In this document: one piece after another, positions 57,453 to 64,000 of the stretch
Numbering within the stretch: the first letter of the stretch is position 1
How the letters are laid out: each line of letters begins with the position of its first letter
DNA from: Nitrosarchaeum sp.
GTDB lineage: Archaea; Thermoproteota; Nitrososphaeria; Nitrososphaerales; Nitrosopumilaceae
Length of the DNA stretch: 64,000 bases
Assembly (NCBI GenBank): GCA_965223865.1
Contig: OZ245020.1
Span: 384,001 to 448,000 of the forward strand
Direction of reading: 5' to 3'
Notes under the pieces: model-generated
What the model was told of the DNA's origin: nothing
Databases searched by the model: none
The model's input: the letters and a program-made list of their open reading frames with translations, nothing else
Position numbers and translations under genes: made by a program

Positions 57453-58495
57453 TAGCTCTTTTTTATCGATTCAAACAAATCTTCGCTTAGATTTAGTCTT
57501 TCTCTGATTGGAGAAATAATTTTCACCAGATAATTTCCCACAGTTTGTTTAAGATCTGTAGGGTGTAATTTCTTTTCTGAAAAATCTAATTCTAGTTGAT
57601 TGTAATCTGAGTATTCAACATTTCCTCCAAATTTCTCTGGCCTCTCAATTTTCATCTCTTTAAATTCATGAAAAATTACATGTTTTGAAATTTCTAGCAA
57701 TGGATTATTTTGAATATTTGCTTCCTCACACCAAGCTTTTTTGATTTTTTTCTGAATCTCATCATCTGAGTTATGAATAAAAATTCCCGAATTTGGATCT
57801 GATTTACTCATTTTTCCTAATATTTGAGAATCATTATTATCAACAGGTTTTGATAGACCAGGTAAGAGCTTATGATGAACTGCAACTGGAACTTTCCACT
57901 TCATTTTTGGAAAAATTTCCCTTACTAGCATGTGGATTTTTCTTTGATCCATTCCAGCATGAGCAATATCCACGTCTAATGAGTGAATATCAACTGCCTG
58001 CATAGGTGGATACAACAATTTTGCAAGATCAACTTTTTCCTCATTTTCTGAACGGCCCATAATTGTAAGTGTCCTCATTGTTCTTGCAAGGGACATGTGT
58101 TTGGTGAATTTCACCAGCTCAGACCAATATTCAGTTTTTTCTTGATAAAGTTCTGATCCTAAAACAATATTTACTTCTGGACAAACTATTTTAAAAGCAT
58201 CTTGATAATACTTTGAAACTTTTGAAATAATTTCCCAATCACCTCCTAGTTTATCATTGATCAAAGTGTGCCAATCTGCAAGAAAGACTGTGCACTTTAC
58301 TCCAGCTTTCACAAAATCATTAATTTTGAAACCAGTACTAATCAAACTACCTAAATGTAAAAATCCAGAAATTTCCAAACCAATGTAATGCTTGGGAGAT
58401 GAATTTGTTTTGAATAACTCAATTAATTCATTATTTGTAACTACTTCTTCAGTAGGAGGACGTTCAATTAAGCCAACTTTTTCTGTGATATCCAA
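57449..58495 (-). CDS. tyrS: Tyrosine--tRNA ligase
   Basis: YIGLEISGFLHLG, ADWH, YPPMQAVD, GMDQRK, KMSKS. Confidence 0.94.
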   Translation of the reverse strand: MDITEKVGLIERPPTEEVVTNNELIELFKTNSSPKHYIGLEISGFLHLGSLISTGFKINDFVKAGVKCTVFLADWHTLINDKLGGDWEIISKVSKYYQDAFKIVCPEVNIVLGSELYQEKTEYWSELVKFTKHMSLARTMRTLTIMGRSENEEKVDLAKLLYPPMQAVDIHSLDVDIAHAGMDQRKIHMLVREIFPKMKWKVPVAVHHKLLPGLSKPVDNNDSQILGKMSKSDPNSGIFIHNSDDEIQKKIKKAWCEEANIQNNPLLEISKHVIFHEFKEMKIERPEKFGGNVEYSDYNQLELDFSEKKLHPTDLKQTVGNYLVKIISPIRERLNLSEDLFESIKKSY

Positions 58496-58596
58496 TTCAA
58501 AACAATTTTAAGAATTATGCCTATAAAGTTATTTAAAATAATTACAAATAACAAAAAATTTGGAAGACTTGAATACTAGACAAATCAAAAAAAATT

Positions 58597-58803
58597 ATGA
58601 CAATAGAAGAAGGTCTGGAACTTATTGAAAATTACAAAAAAGGACTTCAAAAATTTCTTGAAACTTTACCTGAACAAGCAGTCCAATTAGGCCCAGAGAT
58701 GGTTAAAACTTTAACGATGAATTCTAAAAATGAGATAGCAAATTTAGAAGCCATTGAAAAAGCTTTGAAGAGACCACCTAGATATGAATCAGGATTAAAC
58801 TAA
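58597..58803 (+). CDS. Hypothetical protein
   Basis: 68-aa helical ORF. Confidence 0.65.
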   Translation: MTIEEGLELIENYKKGLQKFLETLPEQAVQLGPEMVKTLTMNSKNEIANLEAIEKALKRPPRYESGLN

Positions 58804-58812
58804 CTAATTAAA

Positions 58813-59002
58813 TCATTTACAATTTTTTTTATGTTTTCTTAATTCATCACTAGTCTGAAATTCATTCCCACAAACCCTACATTTTTCATTTTTTTTTATT
58901 ATGGGCTTTTTCTTGATGTTTTTTTAGACGTTCTGAATCTGGAAGTACAGTGCCACACTTTTTACATTTTGTAGTCTTGGAACTAGAACCGAATAATCCC
59001 AT
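58813..59002 (-). pseudogene. Double C2H2-type zinc-finger gene, frameshifted in an A9 tract
   Basis: MGLFG...CKKCG...LKKHQEKAH then, after removing one A at 58889-58897, CRVCGNEF...LRKHKKNCK*; span is 190 nt (189+1). Confidence 0.72.
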
Positions 59003-59511
59003 ATACTTGAATTATCATTCTAATAGAAAAATTCAATTGAAATTCTTTATATTCTATATAGAATTTTATGGAAAAAATATTCTAGAGTATTTTCATAGGC
59101 AAAAAATAGTTAATTTTTCATGGTCTCAAAGCATTTTGAAGAACAATTTAGAAAATTTTGCTCTCAGAACACTATAAAATAGAATGAAAAAAATGTACAA
59201 ATAGACTAAATCCTTTCATACTACAAAAAATATTTGGATTCCCTCCCAAAATGGCTAATTTCTAAATTCACTTCACCCAAAAGAAAAGAGCTACTAAAGT
59301 TGTACATTTACAGAATCGACACTTGGTTCGATGAATGAAGAACTTTGTTTATGGTGTGGAAGATTAATTTCAGAAACACGAAAAAAGAATCCTCGTGCGA
59401 AAAAGTGAAGTTTTGTAATCCAACACATGGAAAGGTGTTTGATAAAGTGAAATCTGACCAAGAAAAATTAGGAAAACTTTTCAATTCTGAGAAATAATTT
59501 TCAAATTCTAC

Positions 59512-60090
59512 TCATTCATCTAAGCTTTTTCTTGGCTTGACACTAAGATAAAATGCATGAGCACTAATAATAAATGCCGAAAGAAATATTTTGGTTGCAA
59601 AAACTAGGTTCCAAGGTCTTTCAGGATCCGGGTATGCTACAGATAATTTATCTATATCAGGAACTTGTCCATCTATTATTCCAGCTGTAATTTGTGCATT
59701 TAGAACTGTAAAATTGTATAATACTTCATAAAATGTAATTATTGCAAATCCCAATAACATTAATTGTAATAGTGCCATTCTCCAACCAACAATCTTATTT
59801 CCAGCAGTTCTTCTCCATCCAATTCTAGAAACACAATACCAACCAATTATTGTTGAAAAAAATATCCATGTTGAAACCCTAGCAAAATTCTCAAAGGGAA
59901 TAACTGTATTGTGGATTGCTTCCCCCATAACATAGGTTCCATTCTCCATCCATTCCATTGTAGTTACGTAAACTCCAAACACCAAAGATGATGCCATAAC
60001 GAATCCACAAACATAGAAAATGTAGAGATAAATCTTGTATGCAGTATCAGTCCTTTCAAGATGTCTGGGTTTCATTATGCGGTCTGCCAA
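59512..60090 (-). CDS. Four-TM membrane protein
   Basis: Hydrophobic segments; YEVLYNF, PWNLVFATK. Confidence 0.75.
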   Translation of the reverse strand: MADRIMKPRHLERTDTAYKIYLYIFYVCGFVMASSLVFGVYVTTMEWMENGTYVMGEAIHNTVIPFENFARVSTWIFFSTIIGWYCVSRIGWRRTAGNKIVGWRMALLQLMLLGFAIITFYEVLYNFTVLNAQITAGIIDGQVPDIDKLSVAYPDPERPWNLVFATKIFLSAFIISAHAFYLSVKPRKSLDE

Positions 60091-60154
60091 ATTTTGAAAT
60101 ATAAAAATTCATGTTTACTTGAGATTTATAGACTGGTAATGAGAGAAATTACTG

Positions 60155-61243
60155 TTGAAAATACCTATTAATGCTCCTTATTTGGGAAATGAGGAGATAT
60201 CAGCCGTCACTTCAGTTCTAAAAGAGGGCTTACTCACATCGTCTTCAAATCTAGGTGGTAAGAATGTGCAAGAATTTGAAATACTAGCATCATCATATGT
60301 TAAGTCAAAATATGCAATTGCAGTAAATTCTGGTACATCTGCTTTACAAGCAGCACTTTATGCCTTAGATATCAAAAGAGGTGACGAAGTATTAATACCA
60401 TCTTTTACTTTTGTTGCTACTGCAAATGCAGTTGTATCTAGTGGAGCAAAACCTGTATTTGTTGATATTTTAAAAGAAAATTATACAATAGATCCTGATG
60501 ATCTAGAAAAAAAAATTACTAAAAAAACTAGAGCAATCATTCCTGTACATCTTTATGGAAATGTTGCGTATGTAGATAGAATTTCAGAAATTTCAAAAAA
60601 ATATAATTTAATGGTTATAGAAGATTCTGCTCACTCACTTGGTTCTACTTTTAAAAGAAAACAAACTGGGACATTTTTTGATTTAGGATGTTACAGTATG
60701 TATCCTGCAAAAGTTATGACAGCTGGAGAAGGAGGATTTATTGTAACAAATAACAAAAAACTTCGAGATAAACTCCTAATGATTAGAAACCATGGGATGG
60801 TTTATGGATATGATACCAAAATATTTGGATTGAATCTTAGATTGTCTGAAATTAATGCAGCTATAGCATCTATACAAATAAGAAAACTACCAAAGTTTCT
60901 GGAAGCAAGAAAAAAAAATGCCCGTTTATTATCACAACTAATCTCAGATCTCAAAATAAAAATTCCTACGCCAAGAAAATATGAAAAAGTAAATTGGTAT
61001 TTGTATACAATTAGCACTAAAAAAAGAAATAATATTTTGAAAAAACTAAATCAAAAAGGAATTGGAGCTACAACGTATTATCCTATTCCAGTTCATAAAA
61101 CTCCATTTTACAAACAAAAAACAAAGTTACCTATAACGCAATGGGCAGCATCTAATGTATTATCACTTCCAATTCATCCAAAAATAACCGCTAAAAACAT
61201 CGAATTTATAGCAAAATCTCTGCGTGGAATATTAAATGAATAG
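60155..61243 (+). CDS. DegT/DnrJ/EryC1/StrS aminotransferase
   Basis: VNSGTSAL, FTFVATAN, PVHLYG, EDSAH, SMYPAKVMTAGEGG. Confidence 0.94.
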   Translation: MKIPINAPYLGNEEISAVTSVLKEGLLTSSSNLGGKNVQEFEILASSYVKSKYAIAVNSGTSALQAALYALDIKRGDEVLIPSFTFVATANAVVSSGAKPVFVDILKENYTIDPDDLEKKITKKTRAIIPVHLYGNVAYVDRISEISKKYNLMVIEDSAHSLGSTFKRKQTGTFFDLGCYSMYPAKVMTAGEGGFIVTNNKKLRDKLLMIRNHGMVYGYDTKIFGLNLRLSEINAAIASIQIRKLPKFLEARKKNARLLSQLISDLKIKIPTPRKYEKVNWYLYTISTKKRNNILKKLNQKGIGATTYYPIPVHKTPFYKQKTKLPITQWAASNVLSLPIHPKITAKNIEFIAKSLRGILNE

Positions 61244-61706
61244 TTTTGGGAATATGATTGGTGAGATATGTAAAGTAATTCTACCAATTCCTGAAAAATC
61301 TTTCCTTGGAAATAACGATTCTACTATTGCCATATGCACACTATCAAGCATAAATCTTCTAAAAAATATTGCAAATTCTGAGATTATGAAGCAGATTTCT
61401 CTTGCAGGTAGACTTTTTTCAGAAAATAAAGGAATTGATTCTATTGTGAAATTTGTAAATCAGAACCAAAATATCAAAACCATCATTGTATGTGGTAAAG
61501 AAGTATGGGGACATAAAGCTGGTCATTCACTAATTCAATTACATAAAAATGGGATTGATAGCAATGGAAAAATTATTGGTTCAAATAGTCCTGAACCATT
61601 CCTCACGGTAACCCAAATTGAAGTAAATTATTTTCAAAAAAAAGTTAAGTTAGTTAATATGATAAATGAAACAAATCTTGAGATAATTAAACAAAAAGTA
61701 ATTTAG
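61236..61706 (+). CDS. MtrA-like corrinoid-binding domain protein
   Basis: AICTLSS, SENKGIDSIV, CGKEVWGHKAGHSL, NGID..GKIIGS..P.PFL. Confidence 0.85.
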   Translation: MNSFGNMIGEICKVILPIPEKSFLGNNDSTIAICTLSSINLLKNIANSEIMKQISLAGRLFSENKGIDSIVKFVNQNQNIKTIIVCGKEVWGHKAGHSLIQLHKNGIDSNGKIIGSNSPEPFLTVTQIEVNYFQKKVKLVNMINETNLEIIKQKVI

Positions 61707-61707
61707 A

Positions 61708-62061
61708 TCAATATCCAGTTCTTTGTCTTTCTCGATTGATTTCATTCTTTTTTCTATACTCTTCTACAATATCATCTGGAGTTAGATTCAATTCTAGAGA
61801 TGCTTGAACAACAAAATGCCAAATATCAATTAGTTCTTCTCTTGCATCTGCTTCATTGAAAGGAGTTGGCATTTTCCACCATTTCCAATTTGTTGTTCTC
61901 TGTAGCTCTACTGCTTCATGAATAATAGCTGTACACAATGAAGAAACACGTCCTTCTGAATCCTCGGGATATCTATCTAACTTCATCATATCTGCAAGTC
62001 CTTGTTGTAATTTGAAGATAGTTTCTAGTCTATCTTTTTTTTCAGAATTATCTGGTGGCAA
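61708..62061 (-). CDS. All-alpha dimeric dUTPase / MazG-like NTP pyrophosphatase
   Basis: EAVEL, WKWWK, EELIDIWHF, KNEINRERQ. Confidence 0.87.
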   Translation of the reverse strand: MPPDNSEKKDRLETIFKLQQGLADMMKLDRYPEDSEGRVSSLCTAIIHEAVELQRTTNWKWWKMPTPFNEADAREELIDIWHFVVQASLELNLTPDDIVEEYRKKNEINRERQRTGY

Positions 62062-62100
62062 TGCTTGATGATTTGTAGAAATAATTGAACTTAAGTTTTT

Positions 62101-62994
62101 TTAAAATCTAATCATTTTTTCGTATAATCTAATCCTTTTTGTAATATCAGATTTTTTTAGACTTAGCAATCCTGCTAAACCATATTTTTCAACTGCAAAA
62201 GAACCTAAAACATTTCCATAAACTACTGCCTTTTTTATTTCTGAAAGATTAGTTGACTTTTTACTTGCAAGATATCCAATCATACCACCTGCAAATGAAT
62301 CTCCTGCACCTGTGGGGTCAACAACATCTTCCAATGAAAATCCTGCTGATGGAAATATCACATCATCAAAAAACATGAGTGAGCCATGTTCTCCCTTCTT
62401 AATAATCACATATTTTGTTCCCCATTCCATCATTTTTTTTGCACATTTTATTAAATTGAATTCCTTTGTAAGAAGTTTTGCCTCTTCGTCATTTATCACA
62501 ACAGCATCTACTTCTTTTATCATCTTAATTACGGAATCTCGTTTTGAAGAAATCCAGAATTCAATAGTATCACACATCGAAAATTTTACCTTGTCAAATT
62601 CTTTGATCAGTTTAGAATTTTGGTCTGGATCATTATTTGCCAGATAAACAAATTGAGATTTTCTGTATTCATCTGGAACAGTAGGCTTGAAATCAGCTAA
62701 TACATTAAGTTCTGTCTTCAACGTTTCTCTGATACTTAACGTATTATCATATTTTCCATCGTATCGAAAAGTCTTTCCTTGCTGTACAGTAAAGCCTTGC
62801 AAATCAAGATATTTTGATAAAATCTGGTGGTGCTCATTTGGAAAATCATTTCCTACCACAGCAATCAATCCTGTTTTTACAAAATTACTAGCTGAAATAG
62901 CTGCAAATGTTGCAGCACCTCCTAAAACATTTTTTAGAGTTTTTTTTGGTGTTCTGATAGTATCTAAAGCAGTAGAACCAAAAACAGTAAGCAT
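62101..62994 (-). CDS. PfkB-family carbohydrate/nucleoside kinase
   Basis: LGGAA, INDEEA, KKGEHG, DPTGAGDSFAGG. Confidence 0.93.
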   Translation of the reverse strand: MLTVFGSTALDTIRTPKKTLKNVLGGAATFAAISASNFVKTGLIAVVGNDFPNEHHQILSKYLDLQGFTVQQGKTFRYDGKYDNTLSIRETLKTELNVLADFKPTVPDEYRKSQFVYLANNDPDQNSKLIKEFDKVKFSMCDTIEFWISSKRDSVIKMIKEVDAVVINDEEAKLLTKEFNLIKCAKKMMEWGTKYVIIKKGEHGSLMFFDDVIFPSAGFSLEDVVDPTGAGDSFAGGMIGYLASKKSTNLSEIKKAVVYGNVLGSFAVEKYGLAGLLSLKKSDITKRIRLYEKMIRF

Positions 62995-63011
62995 TCTTTA
63001 AAAAAATAAAT

Positions 63012-63464
63012 TTAGCGTATAAATTCTCTTGCTTGTTCATCTGTGGGATAATATACAAAAGGTACATCAATTGATGTAAGAAATACATCATAATTTGTAA
63101 CCCCTGTAATTTTTACCACCGGAGATTCTGAATCTGAATTAGAATTTGTTGTAAAACTTCCTTTTACAGAACTACTTCCTAGAGATGGTAAAATAAAAGG
63201 ATCCAACTTTCCCTTTCCTACCATAACATCATTTTCAACTATGAAAAATTCTGTTTCACCAGCTGTTAAAACCAAAAATGATGGATTCTGAAATTCTAAT
63301 ACTATATTATACTTTGATTCTATTTCATTTTCTTCAATAAGATCACTTTGTGTTACTTCTATGCCTATCTGAGATGCTGAAGCATATTGTGAATATCCAA
63401 AAATACCAATCGCAATAACAAAAACCATTACTTTCTTGGCAGAACTCATGAAAAGAAATATCAA
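63012..63464 (-). CDS. Secreted/anchored hypothetical protein (LEA_2-like pattern)
   Basis: N-terminal hydrophobic segment; LEFQNPS. Confidence 0.65.
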   Translation of the reverse strand: MIFLFMSSAKKVMVFVIAIGIFGYSQYASASQIGIEVTQSDLIEENEIESKYNIVLEFQNPSFLVLTAGETEFFIVENDVMVGKGKLDPFILPSLGSSSVKGSFTTNSNSDSESPVVKITGVTNYDVFLTSIDVPFVYYPTDEQAREFIR

Positions 63465-63581
63465 AATTTCTTTTTAATCTGAATAGAAAAAAAACCAAAT
63501 AATATGTGTAAAAGTTTTGATCTAATCTTAAAGCTACTTAGAGCTAACAAAATAAATCAAAATTTTATGATTTATAGGTAA

Positions 63582-64000
63582 ATGGCAAGAATAAAGCTAA
63601 AGCTAGGCGATATTGAAATCGAAGTTGATTCTAGAGATTTCTACGTTGATAATAATACCTTACCTGAAATAATTGAAAATGTGTCGCATCTTTTGCAAGA
63701 AAAACAAGCCAAAATCTACTATGAAAACAATAATCAAGAAACTGAATCCTCAAACCAAATTGTCGAACCTACGCAAAATAGGTTAGAATATTTGGAGGAT
63801 GTCGAAGCTTTCGAACCTGAATTTAATGAACCAAAGTCCATTGATTTCCATGAAATTAAATCCAAATTACGCATTTTAGAAACAAGTGGATTTTTTAACT
63901 CTCCAAGAACAGTAACTGAAACTGTACAGCAATTAAGAGAATACGGATGGGCTGCAAGTCCACTGGATGTTTCCAAGTCCCTTGCTAAGATGGCCTCAAA
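63582..64000 (+). CDS. Hypothetical protein with probable C-terminal winged helix (partial)
   Basis: Hand translation MARIKLKLGDIEIEVDSRDF...SGFFNSPRTVTETVQQLREYGW; open to window end. Confidence 0.75.
   Translation, partial: MARIKLKLGDIEIEVDSRDFYVDNNTLPEIIENVSHLLQEKQAKIYYENNNQETESSNQIVEPTQNRLEYLEDVEAFEPEFNEPKSIDFHEIKSKLRILETSGFFNSPRTVTETVQQLREYGWAASPLDVSKSLAKMAS

Noticed and set aside
58950-59177. 75-aa plus-strand ORF
   Set aside because: Overlaps the zinc-finger gene antisense and AT-rich intergenic DNA; non-protein-like composition
61236-61706. Evidence of methanogenesis
   Set aside because: Single MtrA-like domain with no other mtr or mcr genes

Overview
AT-rich archaeal chromosomal DNA whose gene content points to an ammonia-oxidising thaumarchaeote, probably Nitrosopumilaceae (Cdc6/Orc1, PolD DP2, GGGP synthase, thermosome, GINS, class I CCA enzyme, Rpo11-TFS-PCNA, many cupredoxin/CBS/USP proteins). 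The window opens at the likely replication origin: a partial cdc6, four ORB-like boxes, two dense short-motif arrays (GTTAAC; TCAC/GTGA) and four small DNA-binding genes, one membrane-anchored. Housekeeping genes follow, then tRNA-Pro(GGG) with a degenerate copy of its 3' end 1.2 kb downstream. Two accessory-looking modules stand out. One is mscS divergent from kamA-like radical SAM plus a second glnA, a candidate beta-amino-acid osmolyte or amide-ligation system. The other is a CBS/USP/ArsR/LDH-like/J-domain/cupredoxin/class III cyclase/atypical PII cluster, a candidate adenyl-nucleotide signalling locus. Several small genes absent from the ORF track, three likely non-canonical start codons and one homopolymer-frameshifted zinc-finger gene were found by hand translation. 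No CRISPR array, rRNA, integrase or transposase was seen. All calls come from motif recognition by eye; no searches were run.
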